Shown: positions 36,101 through 51,100 of the stretch, one piece after another
How positions within the stretch are numbered: the first letter of the stretch is position 1
How the letters are laid out: each line of letters begins with the position of its first letter
NCBI GenBank assembly: GCA_002633005.1
Contig: NMRA01000830.1
Coordinates: 47,235-111,234 of the forward strand
Direction: 5' to 3'
DNA: 64,000 nt
Source of the DNA: Phoronis australis
Taxonomy: Eukaryota; Animalia; Phoronida
Translations under genes and position numbers: made by a program
The notes under the pieces: generated by a model
Seen by the model: the letters and a program-made list of their open reading frames with translations, nothing else
The model's database searches: none
What the model was told of the DNA's origin: nothing

Positions 36101-39100
36101 AAAAAAACATTTTAAAATAATATTTTGAAAAACAACTAATTTTCTGCTCTCTAACTCAAATCTGGACAGCCTTTCCATGGGCGCAGTTGTAGGGCCTACT
36201 CAAGCCACAGAACTGTAACCTCTGCTTAACATGAAAGCATGCATGAGCAGGTCTACAGTCGCCACTTAACTATGAGTAATTAATACACAATCTATAAGGA
36301 GCGAAGCATGGTCACAGAATAATTAATACACAATCCATACAGAGTGCAGCATGGTCACAGAATAATTAATACACAACCCATACAGAGTGCAGCATGGTCA
36401 CAGAATAGTTAATACACAATCCATACAGAGTGCAGCATGGTCACAGAATAATTAATACACAATCCATACAGAGTGTAGCATGGTCACAGAACAGTTAATA
36501 CACAATCCATATAGAGCGCAGCATACGGTCACAGATCACCTAAACACTACAGTTGATTCAGCTCTAGGGCTGCTCTTCGCAGAAGGGTAATATTACTCTG
36601 CAATTTTGTAAATTTACCAATCCAAAAAGCATATGCACAAAATGTTTTTTCTGATGCCTACTGTACGAACTAAAGGAGACGCCATATTTCAAGGGCTGCG
36701 TACGAACTAATAGAACTGTTAGAGAAAACATCAAACCCTACACAGTGCACGGTGTTTTATTGTAGAACAGTGAACTTGTTTACTACACCTTACTTGGATG
36801 ACAACCAACGAGCACATGACACCATGTGGTTGGTTGACATCCAACATAATTTCGTAAAGCTATTAAGGGAAAAATAGTTGGTTACTTGGCTGACATCAGT
36901 GAAATGAAATGTGTAATTGTTATAAAGTTGGTGCATATATATTATACACAAAGAATAGCTTTAGAAAAACATGTCAAGATAAACAGAGCATTTTATTATT
37001 GAATTTTGAGGCGCCACTTGTGTTCGCAGTTGAATTGTACATACATTTTGTTATGATAATTTTGAACTTGAAGCGTTTATTAATGCGCATGACTTGGCTT
37101 AGGAAAAACATGTCAAGATATGGAGGCAATTTGATTTTGAATTTTCTAATGTCACTCATGGTAGGTGCAGTAGCTGTTGACTTGTGCACCTACATACCCT
37201 GTATTTATATGTGCACAACAATTAAACATTCTGATATTCACAGGCTTGAATTTTGCATTTTCTACTTGATTTGATCAGCGCTGTTTATAGGGGCTGTCAG
37301 TTGTCTCAACTCAGATCCCACGTCATCAACTAAATAACGGGCATTTTCTTGTAATTTGCTACTGAGAGAAAGTTTCGCTACCACTACCGCATCTACTGAA
37401 TAACGGGCATACTCTGTGTATATGACTATATGTGATGCAACAGACAGGGGTACTTGGGCCCCATCAACTAAATAACAAACATCCTGCGTGTAAGTGACTA
37501 TTTTGATGAAATAGACACTAGTANGTTGTAGCATCACCTAGCCTTGGTGGAAAGCTGTATACTGTATAGGCTCTAATAAACGCTTAGAAAAATTCATTTC
37601 ACGGGGAGGGGACGCTCATTGTAGCCTACGGCAGTTGAAACTCGGTTTCCCAAACGGGTAAAATCGGAAGCTAGGATTCATCAAATTTACGCTCTGTGAC
37701 GTATTTGTAGCCTATGACAGTCTTTCTACAAAATTGAGGTGCATTGCTATCAACTTCCGTTGTTAAATTACGATAATTTTTCAAAAAATTGTGCTCTTCA
37801 CAGGGCGAAAACTTGCCGACTGATGCGTCGCTGAATCGCAATCGTTAATAGGAAAACTTGAACTCTTGAATAAAAACATATTCATGATAGCAAGTAGCGG
37901 CATAAATTCAAGAAAATAACTACGGTTTTAAAACTTGACATGTTTCGGTGTCATTTATTAAACACCATCCTCAGAAGTCATAAATTCAAAGTTGTACTTA
38001 GATTTTTTTCGCTCCTCTTTTAAAATATAACAGTAAAAACTACGTAAAACTCTCTCCATAAAAAGTACAGTCTTCTACGCTAGATTGTAATCAGCTGATC
38101 ATATCCACATGAGCAAAGCCAATTATCCTCGCTCGTGACTCGATGAATAGAGCAGCTTGGCAGCATCCCGTTGATCGTGAGCAGAGCGCGACTCAGCCAA
38201 GGTGGATAAATACGGTCTAGTTCAATCAGCCAAACTCCACCGTTTACCCTTATAGGCGGAGTTTGGGCCAATCTTATTTAGTGGGAATGTTTATAGCATA
38301 CAGATATTTAATGCACCAACGAGTTGGACATTTGTTGACTCAAGAGTTCATCACAAGTCAAGGTTTTGAAGCAATTAGTAGCAGCATGAGAGATTAAAGC
38401 AGATATTACCAGTATGGTCAGTCGAGATCAATAAAGTGATGAGATGTGCCCACCAATAACTATTACCAATAGTCAGTGATGAGATGTGCCCACCAATAGC
38501 TATTACCAATAGTCAGTGATGAGATGTGCACACCAATAGCTATTACTAATAGTGATGATATGGGCACACCAATAGCTATTACCAATAGTCAGTGATGAGA
38601 TGTGCCCACCAATAGCTATTACCAATAGTCAGTGATGAGATGTGCNNNNNNNNNNNNNNNNNNNNNNNNNNNNNNNNNNNNNNNNNNNNNNNNNNNNNNN
38701 NNNNNNNNNNNNNNNNNNNNNNNNNNNNNNNNNNNNNNNNNNNNNNNNNNNNNNNNNNNNNNNNNNNNNNNNNNNNNNNNNNNNNNNNNNNNNNNNNNNN
38801 NNNNNNNNNNNNNNNNNNNNNNNNNNNNNNNNNNNNNNNNNNNNNNNNNNNNNNNNNNNNNNNNNNNNNNNNNNNNNNNNNNNNNNNNNNNNNNNNNNNN
38901 NNNNNNNNNNNNNNNNNNNNNNNNNNNNNNNNNNNNNNNNNNTTTAAAATAATATTTTGAAAAACAACTAATTTTCTGCTCTCTAACTCAGATCTGGACA
39001 GCCTTTCCATGGGCGCAGTTGTAGGGCCTACTCAAGCCACAGAATTGTAACCTCTGTTTCACATGACAGCATGCATGTGCAGTTTTAGTCAGTAATTAAC

Positions 39101-42100
39101 ACACAATCCATAAGGAGCGAAGCATGGTCACAGAATAATTAATACACAATCCATACAGAGTGCAGCATGGTCACAGAACAGTTAATACACAATCCATTGG
39201 GAGTGCAGCATGGTCACAGAATAAATAGTAAACAACCCATACATAGCGCAGCATGGTCACAGAATAGTTAATACACAATCCATACAGAGCGCAGCATGCC
39301 GTCACATATCACCTACACACAGTTTATTGAGACATGAAAGCCAGAGGTCAATTTGATGCAAAGTTAGCTCCTGTTGAGGTTTGAACAGCAAGTGGCCGCG
39401 TTCAGCCTCATTCACTAGTCTGCAGGGGTACAGGCTAGTATTATTTGTAAGTGTTTATAGCTTGTACAGTTTACATATACACTGCCAGGTGTCCTTGCAG
39501 TTCAGTTCTCTACATGCTCAGTCTCGATGCAAGAGTGTTCAGCTTTGCGTCTCTTTACAGAACTCATTAACATGTTGGCAGCGGCAGGATCAACTCAGGG
39601 AACTCAGTGAAATGCCGATCAAAGACAAGTACTGCTGAACTTTGTGAATTTGACTTGTTAATAGGTGACCTTGCGTATCATGGTATCAAAAATGGCGGAG
39701 AGCAGTTTAAGGTTACCACCACCGATCTGTCTGACAAGTATAAATTTAGCGGACGATTTCAAAAAGTGGAAACAACAGTTATATATGATGTACAAGCTCC
39801 ACTGCGCCAGACCTGAGGTCATTGAAATGGCCAAATATTTCAAATACTCGGTAGATGCTCACAAAGAAGACCCAGTGAAGGTACTAGAACAATTGGAAGT
39901 TTACTGTGCTCCTAAACAAAACAATGTCAAGCAAATATTTTGCTTTTAGCAAATCAAATATCAGGAGCCATTTGACAAATTTCTGACTGAAATCCGCTCA
40001 CAGGCAGAATGGTGCGATTTCAGAGATAGTAGTGACAGAATGAGACAAAATTGTTCCATCTGCACCGACCATGTTACAAGAAAGATTGCTCAGAGAAAAC
40101 AATTTAACCTTGGTCCAATGTATCGACACATGTCGCGCTTTTGAGATATCCATTCACGGTGTGGGAGAGATGAGAGCAAAAACAGATCAAATTCAGAAAA
40201 TCATCACTTCTACACGTAAACCTCTGCCACGCACTCCTAAAACTAATGGTAGTAGTAATGATTGAATGATGTACTGTAAATTTTGCAGAAAAAAACACAA
40301 ACCTGGAAAAAGTTTTGTCCTGCATCAGGAGCAAAGTTTGGTCAAACTGTAAGAAAATAATCATTTCAAAGCGAAAACAGTCTTCCGTGCCATTTTGTCA
40401 CTGTTAAAAACAAAGTCTCTGAAATTACTCTGTTAGCATACTATGACAGCAGCCATAACGGTTTAGGCGCTGTGATCATGCAACATGATTACGGCGCGGA
40501 ACACTATTTTCTGGCTTGGTATGCCCCGTGAGATCAAACAGCTCGTGGATGAATGCGAAACGTGCCAGATCATGAAAGCCTCAAACCCAAAGGAGACATC
40601 GAGACAATCATACAATGGAAATTGTGTATTGTGGGAAACCATCGGTCAACTTATTCGAGATCTCCGGTCGACACTATCTTGTTGTTGTCGACTATGCATC
40701 AAACTTCATTGAAGTCAATCTGCATACATACTTGACATCTAAGTTTGTCTTAAACTGTCTGAAGAGACATTTCCCACGATACGGTGTACCAACACGCATT
40801 GTGTCCGACCGCAGTACACAGTTCACGGGTGATGAAATTCGTCTATTTGCTACGACCAGGGGAATGCACCATGGACATCAACAAGCTAACGGGAAGGCGG
40901 ACTCTGGAGTTAAAATCATTAAGACGACATAAGAAATGTGTCCAAGATGGTTCCGACCAATACCTTACATTATTGGAACTGCGTAACACAACGTGGCAAG
41001 AAACCAACCAAAGTCCGGCAGAAATGATTTTGGTCGACAAACCAGGTCGCATATTCCATCATTGGCAGTTATGCATGGTGATGGCAAACTCAATGTCGAT
41101 GTGGGAAAGCAATGAAAATACCACGACCGTATTAAGTGTTCACAATATGATAGGCATGCTAAGGATTTAACTGTTCTTGATGAAGGTCAACCAGTGTGTT
41201 TTCAGCATACCAACAGTAAATATTGGGACAGCAGAGTAGTTGCCAAACAACTGAAGGATCACTCGTACTGTATTCGTAGCCACCTCTGAGCTGATTATGT
41301 CCAAAACCATCATCATATCCGATTGGACATAGAGCAATCTCCTAAAGAGCATTTCGAGGAACTGATCGCTCTAGGTATCCCGGAAACCGATGCGTGTGAA
41401 AATTCAACTACTACAGATGATACCAGTACTCACATCCGACCCTCTGGACAACGTTTCAAGGATTATGTTAGATGTTTACTTTAATTTGTTGTAAGATTTT
41501 CTCGTTTCATGGATTGAATGAAAACTGACATTACATGAGTTTTCTTCTTTTTAGAAAAGGGGATGTTTATAGCTAGTATAGTTTACATATACACTGCCAG
41601 GTGTCCTTGCACTTCAGTTCTCTGTATGCTAAGTGTCGATGTAAAAGTGTTTAGCTTTGTGTTCATAATTAAACTAGTTAGCAAATGATCGGTGTCTCTT
41701 TACACAACTCGTTAACAGTCAGCCAGGAGTGTGGATTCTGCAGGAGGAAGTTACATCTGAGAGTGTGAGAGATCCATCTAGTATCAACTGGAGGACATCA
41801 AGTCAAAGTAGCATGGACGCAAAATGACCTGATCTTGAAATAAAATGTTATTTCAGTTCTAGCACAAGTAAGAAATTTTGCCACTCAACGAGTTTTTAGT
41901 TCAAAGTGTGCGAACTTGACTATTTGAGACGAATACGGACTTAAATGAACAAGCAATGTGATGTAGACGATTGCCAAGGTGTAAGCGACCAATCAAACAG
42001 ACTCCAAGTGTAATGGGATGGCCTACCTATTTCAATATATTCCAAAATATGGCTTGCCCATGAAATTGATTGATCAAGCTGTTAGTATAGAACATTATCA

Positions 42101-45100
42101 CATGGAAATGGATGAACTTTGTAATACACAAGCTCCATTAGATGACTTGTACATCCACAACTCTCAATGAGAATGAAATTGAGTTCCAAGCAGACTGTTA
42201 TATATTTAAACTGACATTCCTCCACATTTTGGTTGAAGGAAAGTGACTGGGTTTGAACAGTTATGAAACAGTTGTGTGTCAGCGAAATTGCTTGAATTGA
42301 TATTCCGTGCACTCCACGGAGACCATGTACTTCAACTAGAGTGAACTGTAGATTACAAATTAAATATTAATCCAATCAACAATGCATAATTACGCAATCA
42401 GTGCAAAAATTTCCCTCTCAGCAAGCCACCACATTTGTAAGGAAAGCTATAACCACTCCCAAGTCAAGAAAATGGATCAACCCGACATATTTGTAGGGAT
42501 GGATCAACTAGTAATGGTTTTAGACCTGTCCCTAATGAACCAAATTCCCGTCACATGTAACTTTATGCTCCCTGGAATTTGACCCACTTAGGAAGCACAT
42601 ACCGCTATAACCACTCCCAAGTCTATATTCTACATTTCATGAAACAATAGTATCCTTGGGAGGATCTGGATCGCCTTATTTAGTTTTCAGATATATTTTA
42701 TATTAAGAAATTCATGGGAGAAAAGAAATGCCACCAGATTCATACATCCTTGTAATGCCTTTATTACAATACCTTTGCTTGAAAACACACACAGTTACAC
42801 ACACGCCAAAACACACACATGGAGATGTGATTTCAGAATCTTATGTCCATTCCAACATGGATTGTTAATAACTTTTACTTTACCTGTTTCAGCGGTTGTT
42901 ATATCCATAACCTTTGCTACTGATTGAAAGGACATATCATTAACTACTGTGACTTCAACATCATACCGCCAGAATACATATTGACAACCACGTCTCTGAA
43001 AGGAGTTAGACAGGGAGACCCAATTTCACCTAAACTGTTTACACTGACAATGGAAGAAATCTTCAAATCTTCAGACCTTCAAAGGGGAGTAAACATAGAC
43101 GGAGAACATCTAACAGACCTAAGATTTGCAGATGATGTTGCCTTGTGCACAGAAGACATAATACAATTAGAAACAAATTTAAATGTACTGAATGAAGAAA
43201 GCAACAATGTGGGATTAAAGATACACAAGGACAAGACAAAGTACATGACAAATTTTGAAAAAGATGAACAAGTAATGGTGGAGAACAAGATCATTCAGAG
43301 AGTCACACAATATAAATACCTCGGACAAATTATACAAATGGGAAACCGTATGACCAATGAAATACAAATCCGAATAAGAGCTGGATGGAGTTGCTTTGGA
43401 AAAAACAGAGAAATATTCCAAGACAAGAACATACCCATATCCCTGAAAAGAAAAGTATTTGACCAGTGCATCATCCCCACAATCACTTATGGATGCCAAA
43501 CATGGACCTTAACAAAACAGATAATTGCCAAGCTAAGAACAACACAGAGAGCAATGGAGAGAAAATGCTTGGAATAAAGTTACTAGACAGGATTCCACAC
43601 ACAGAGATAAGGGAACAAACAGGAGTCATGGACTTAATCAAGACAATTCTGAAATTGAAATGGAGGTGGGGCGGACACGTCGCCAGAGCACAGGACAACA
43701 GATGGACAAAAAGATGCAGAGTGGCAACCCAGATATGGAAAGAGATCAAGAGGACGACCCCAAGCCAGACGGAGAGATGACATCGTGAAGACATGAGGCA
43801 CAACGTGGATGAGAGCGGCAAGAGACAGAACAAATTGGTAGGCACTTTCGGAGGGCTACATCCTGCAGTAGATGGACAATGCCTAGAGTCAGAGTCAGAG
43901 TCTAAAACCATACAGACACCTATAAATTGGAGACGAAATAAATTCTTACCTCCCCTGTGGCCACTCACTATTAATTCACTGTCACAAGTTAATAACCTTT
44001 ACCTGTTTGAGCAGTTGTTATAGTTCTATCCATCTCTTGTGATTGCAAGGACATATCATTGACTGCTGTGACTTCAACATCATATCTGATGTAAGCATCA
44101 AGGTCTTGCAGTATGTGAGATCTGGACTGAGTTGTCTGTGCTTGACCCCATGTAGTGTCAGAGTTCTTTTTAAATACAATGCGATACTCCAGAATTGAGT
44201 TACAGTTTACTGAAGTTGGATCCTGAAATGGAAAAACTGAAGTATTTGGAAAAAGAAAAATGGACATAATTACTGCAATTAGTTGAATGCTTTTTGTTTA
44301 AGTCAACCATAATGCATGCTGTATATATGTATGAGTTTAGTGAGCTATCAGTGACTCTTGAAGTAACACAGATGTTTTGTAAAGTAAAGTTTCACCAAAG
44401 TAATACTTACATCCCAAGTAAGTGTTAGAGTGGCTTTTGTAGAACTACCTTGTCGTGCTGATGTACCAGTCAAGTTTTGTACAGGAGAGGGTGCTAAGGA
44501 AAAACAAGTGAACAAATTAAGCAGTGGTTAACTTTCCAAATGAACTAAGTTTTTGCAATCATTCTACAAAACAAAGTACAATCTTATCACTCAGTGATGA
44601 ACTTAAAGCCGATCAAGGTAACCTTCAGTGGCAGATTTAGGGGGTGAGGGGCAAAGGGGGCCATGGCCCTCCTAAAATTCTACCAGATACCATTTGGCAG
44701 TTTGGGTGCCAATTGCTGACTAGCACATGCGTGCAACCAGGGGGTTCGGGGGGGGGGGGGGGAATAAACAATGCATAGGCCCTGAACGAACTCCGTTTAC
44801 CGTTTTTTTTTGTCAAAAGGTCCGCAAACCCAAAAATTCGAGATCCCGGCATTCCTACACTTTAAGCTGGTCATTCCTGTGCCCTGCCCCACCAACTCAA
44901 AATCCTGACCTTTTACGTATTTTAATTCCTAAATCAAAAAACCTGCCTTATGAACACAGGCATTGAACTGACAGAATACACAATGGTAACAGCAATTCTA
45001 TGGTTCAAGAGTTCAATATTCAGTTGTTATAAAACAGAGCATTTTATTAATGAGCTTTGTTCAAATTCATAATTACCCAGAAACATCTGGCCAGGCCTGG

Positions 45101-48100
45101 CTGTATACAAACTTTCAAGAAAGCAAAAGAAAAGCCTCGGCGAGGGGGGGGCAAATACGGGACATTTTGCTCACATACAACCAGTTTCGCCCCCAAAAGA
45201 ACACCATTTCTGATAGAATTCCCTAAAAATCTTAGGTTCTGGGTTTGAACTCTAAAAAGGCCCACATTTCCAACAGAACTGTATTGAAGAAGTTACACTT
45301 TTATTGTGACTTGATGTGTTGAAACAAAACAAATATAAACGTTATTACTTCAATTGTAAATAAATAATCATTTTATAGGATTTTAATCCATACAAAAGGA
45401 TCATGAAAAGAAGAACTAGGTTAGAGTCGTGTCTCCAAACAAATGGGTGCCCTTTAATCATGCTTACTCTCTGAAAGCGCGTGCATTCTAATTTCCCAGT
45501 GGCACTCACTGTCGCAAAAATATGTGGGGTAACTAGAGCACAAAACAAACAAGACAGAGAGAGTAAAGGTAAGTTCTGTAGAAGACAACTTACTTGTACA
45601 AAACATTATACTTTTAGCTGAAGTCCACTCAATAATCCCATCTGCATAAACTACTTGACCATTGAACTTGTATAACCCTGCAGTTGTTAGTTCTACTTCA
45701 CGTTGCACAACACCAGTGGACAATAAGCTAGGAGTTATGTCCCCTCCTACTTGACTCCATGATGTTGATGTATTCAGTTTATACAGTACAACAAACTTTG
45801 TGGCGGTGGGTAAATGTGTCTTGACCGAGGGCCAGGCCTGGAAGGTCAAGATCACCTTGCTGTCAGACTGAGCCAATGTTGAAGAATGCCACCAGTGATC
45901 TGAAAAATACATTCCTCAAATGACAGATTTCAAATCATGTTTTATCACATAAGCTCCTCACAGCGGTAACATGAACAATAATCTTGTTCGTAAACAGAAC
46001 ATCTCACTTGCACAAACAATTAACAACAATACCTAGTTAGAAATCATGTTAAAACAACACTTTCATCATAGCATAACAAAAAACTGGGAAAATTAATCCA
46101 AAACATTCATTACTCAAAGCAACAATAAGAACCCTTGTTTTCAGATTTTTCCTATAAAAACGTTTCAGACAAGATGCATGCCATGCGTGGCGACCACTTG
46201 AGGAGGAAATCTTTAAAGTAGTTGATTTTGTTAAATGCACGGCACTTCATTGTTCACAGTGCCGCACGTGACACTTGTTTGCGTGACTTTCCTGTTACCC
46301 TCCTTCATTCTTTGCAGTATTTCACACCCGCCGTGTCTCACTGTGTGCGTCATCAGCTTATACTCTGCGGTGGCATTACTGCGTCATTTTATCTTCACTT
46401 GAGAATGAAACGAGTATTTTTCGAAATATCGTGTGTCTTTTTAAATTATGTCGCTAGGTCAGTTACTGTATCTATGTTCAGTTGAGAGTAGAGTTTTGTT
46501 CCGAAAGTACGAACGTAACGGAATAAAGACTGAACAATGAAAAGTGTCGTGCATTTAACAAATTCTGTATAACCGAAAACTTGCTCCCAAAGTACAGCCA
46601 GAACACAGTTTGGAAATGTTTAATCCATCGACTTGTAGCCAGGAAGAAGTTAACAATGATTAATTTTGAAATGCAAATATCCTTAATTACTTAAAGTAAA
46701 ATTAAACGTGGACTTTCTGCCAAAAACAAGTTTTGATTTCCAGAAGGGCATGACCTGATCCTTCAGAAGGTCATGAGTTTGGTCTGAAGAAATTACTTTT
46801 AAACTGTGTGATAAGTGACCAAGTGTTAACGGAAGGCACGGGTTAAAATATAAATTCAAGGTAATGGACACAATTTGAAGACCAAAATTGTTGGTGACAG
46901 GAAAGAGGCTGTTTGATTAAATGCAATTTTTCTTCTGAAATGTTTCAGCATTAAAACATGACTATAACCTGTAAGACATGTGGCAGCCATGTTTGCCTAA
47001 TCATAAACAATGCAAAAATGAATATTTAAAAACGGACTTCAATCAATAAAGAAAATGCTTCAAGTAACTTTTCAAAATTTTGCTTGATAGCTGTTCTTTC
47101 GACTGAAAACAGGCACAGCTTCAGCTGGAGGCTCTATTGGGAATTTTGAATAATGTAGGCCGCGGGTACGATATAACTGAAATGACATGCAGTTTGAATG
47201 GCACTTAACAAAATAACCTACTTTTTGAATCAACTAAAGCCTGCATGGCAGGCACGCGTGATGCTGAATTGATGGGCACAGTGTAAGTCTGGCCGTTTGT
47301 GAGCGATCCATCAAACAATTCCTTGTCATACATGGTGCCGGGGGTCACATGACTACAGCAACTGTCACCGCCATCTTTGACACGGATGACAATGGATCCT
47401 GTATTACTGGCGTAGTGATACCCCATGACATCACCTTGCTTTACTTGAACAGCATTAGACAGACGCATCTCTTGTTCACCTGACAATACACAACAGAAAG
47501 ACACATACCATATAACCAGTACCGATGAAAAAATAAAAACCTTTCTAGCAGAGTCACAACATATCAATACGGCATGCTCTTCACATACATTTGAGTAGTC
47601 ACATACTTATTAGGCTTAATTACATGGACGTTTAGCCAAATCATATTGGCAGGAAATTCACTGTTTTGAATGGGAATGAAGGAACAAGTAGCCTTATGCA
47701 AACACAACAATCCTTAGAATTCAGTGTTCCACATGTACTGTCAGGCCATGTCTGTGATGCCTGATGATACCTATTTATCTCAAATGTTGCATTTATACAA
47801 CAATCGTTCACATGAAATGATCTCCACATTACGACGTTTTCCCGTTGCTCCCAACTTGTTCGATTCTATAGCCCAACAACAAGTTGGGAAATTTACCCAT
47901 CACCAATATCTTACACGATTGATTAACTCCATTCTGGCATTCATGGTTGGAGGGCCAGCTCTCTTTTGTTCGATAATTGCTCTTATCTCCAATAAAATTG
48001 TATCTACCCTGACTGGGCTGTGTTGTTAAAAATAAAAGTTAAGTTATAACACACTTGAACGTAAACCAATAGCATTTTTGAAATCTTCGTAAAATGGTGA

Positions 48101-51100
48101 TCATTTTTAGTTTTTTAATGGCCAAACTCGCTCAACTGCAACCGAAGTTACGACAATCAATTCTTTCCGAATACACCAATTCACTCTGAGTTTGACAGTG
48201 TTCACACCTGGTCTGTAATAAGCCTGGTAGATAATTGGCCTGCTTGTTGTCATACCAGACAAAGGAGTGTGCTTGGTAGTTAACAAAAAAGTTAGATGTT
48301 ATCACATGCTCAGAACCCCCTACGTCTGGTAAAATCACTTAACGGGAAAACGCTGTCATGAGGTGCAATTATGTGTGTAAACAGAACTGAAATGGACCAA
48401 ACTGACAATGAGGTGATCACTTTTGTCTTTCTTATCTGAGGTAGGGTAAATTGCACCCAGTCATCTTGTTTTGTGTCAACTATAAGTCTAAGTACGAACA
48501 AGGAAATAAATATCCCAATTGCACTTCCTGTGAAAAGCACCAGACCAACACAAAAACATTGACGCACTCATGACATTAATTGTTTGACATGTGAAAGTGA
48601 GTCATCGACTAGAACATGTTGTGACCCGGAATACAGGTAAGAACCAAAGTTAGACATGATGATGAGATCCCAAACTTATTTTCAAGAATATCCACAAGAG
48701 CAGCGCGGAGCATTCAAATGCGCCCACAACTGCATTGCAAATGGTGTGCTTTTAGGGTTATTTATTTGTATTATAAAAATTGCCGCTAGATAGCGCAAAA
48801 ACGTACAATCCATCCAAAAACGGGAACATGCCACATTCCATAAAAATCTGTCAAGGAACTTCAGAAAAACAATGGAAAACAGAATAAAATGAAAATGCCA
48901 GTTGTGGGCACAGCATCCGTTGGATCCGCCTGAAAGTCTGTTGTTATCTTCATATATTAATACACTTACTAATTTTAATAAACTCCTGCAGTGGGCTTAG
49001 GAGATACAGATATGAGCACAAAATAAAACAAAACTAACACTAAGATGAGCCACAGTAGTCAGCCACCATCATCGAACGTCCTTTTCACGCTCAGAACATA
49101 TACGCCAATATTCAAAACCATCTCTAGAATGATTTGGTTTATTAAAGATTTGGACGCCAAAAACAAGATTTGAAAATAGCAAAAAATGGCCACTAGGTGG
49201 CGCAAAATACCTCCATTCCATCCAAAAACAGGAAGATAGCGTTATCTGACCAATAGATGCCTATATTCAAAATTTTATGAAAATCTGTTGAGGTCCTTCG
49301 AAGATACAGAGATAAACGTAAAATTAGAAATAAAATTGCCAGTAGTCAGATTCGTTCGAAAGTCATCGCCGTCTGCTGTCAACATCATATAATTACACTT
49401 GCTAAATTAAGTATAGATCCTGCACACGGTTTAGGAGATACAGCCATGAGCGTAAAAAAACTACCACTAGGAGGCGCCACAGTAGTCAAAGTCATCAGAA
49501 AATCATTGTCAGCTGTCCACTTCATAGTAAGAATACACATGCCAATTTTCACAATCATCCTTAGAGGGGTTTGGTTGATGAAGAGGACACCAAAAAACAG
49601 ACTCGAAAACAGAAAAAATGGCCACTAGGTAGCGCAGACTACATCAAATCCATTTGAAACCGAGATGATAGCATCATCTCACTGACTAACAGATGCCCAT
49701 ACGCCAAATTTTATGGAAATACGTTGAGGACCTTTCAAGATACAGAGGTAAACGTAAAAAACTAAAATTGCCACTAGGGGCACATCGGTAGTCGCATCTG
49801 TCCGAAAGTTCGCTCATGCCATGCCATCCCATCCATGAAAGGAACAAGTGTGCAAAATTTCATGAATGCACGTTGAACGATTTAGGAGATAGAGCAGCAG
49901 ACGGTGGACACAAGACGGCTCAGGACGCAACGACGGGGATGAGGGTATAATGCGTCCACATATAAATATATGGGTGCATAAAAATACCTGAATATGTCAC
50001 GATTATTTGAGCTTTATGAACCAAGGTAAACTCGTCTGAGTTTTCTTTCTGCCGCCAGATGTCAGCCCACACAGTGCCAGGTCGGGCAGCATTAAACTTC
50101 CAACCAATCAGGAATCCATCTGAGTCAACACGGAGGTCGGTGAATATTGACAGACAGGCACCTGGAGTTTTCATCTCATTGACATTAGTTGGACCCCCAA
50201 AATAGTCTGAAACGTAGAGAGGATAATAATAACACTAAAACTAATGATAACAAAACAATAATCTAGGCAATAATAATGATTGCAGTGGTTCTTGTTGCTC
50301 GTTGCTGCCATCGTCATCGTTGTTATCATGAACATTTCATTTATAGATATTTTATAAGCCAAGCGCATCACAAAAACTCGCTCTTGTTAGTTTTCAATTT
50401 CAGGAGAGAGCGGTTTCTAAATCGAGGCTCAATCTAGATATCAATCTCACTGTTTTGCTCATCCGGACTCACAGGCCAATTTATCTACCATGGTTCAAAT
50501 AGCTACTAAAACCATTCATCAATGGATACCAGAGAACCGAAAACTATCATATCTACTTTATGAACGAGTTCGCGACAATGAGGAGTAAATGTATTTTATT
50601 TATTTATTTATTATTGTGATATTTAAAATGAGGGTGGCCTCTTCAGTGATAGCACTGCTTTCCAAGAGGGCCCTCAACAAGAAAAACAGTAATATAATAC
50701 AATGAAGTAATAAAACAACAATGAAATATACGTAAAAGATACAATTAAAACAGGTTGAGAATTAAGACAATAACTAAATGACAAATAATGGTAAAAAATT
50801 AACTAAGACAGATGAAATAAATTAAGAGATGACTCTAGACAATGAGAGTATTTACGACAATGAAAAAATGACATGATTAAGACAGGCAGGGTATAAAAGG
50901 TTAAGTAAATTACAGCCACTTTTTAACATTAACTTTAAAGGTAGTAATTGAATTGGACCGTTTAATTTCTGGGCTAAAAGAATTCCATATTATAGCAGCT
51001 GCATAGATAAAAGATCTCTTGCCCGTCTCGGTTTTAATTTTTTTAGAAGAAACATTGCCAGCAACAGAAGAACATGTAGAATAAACAGCCTGACTGCTAT

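Noticed and set aside
48400-48480. VDTKQDDWVQFTLPQ after an AG, resembling a discoidin/FTL strand
   Set aside because: No clear in-phase donor, and the flanking exons already join well without it.
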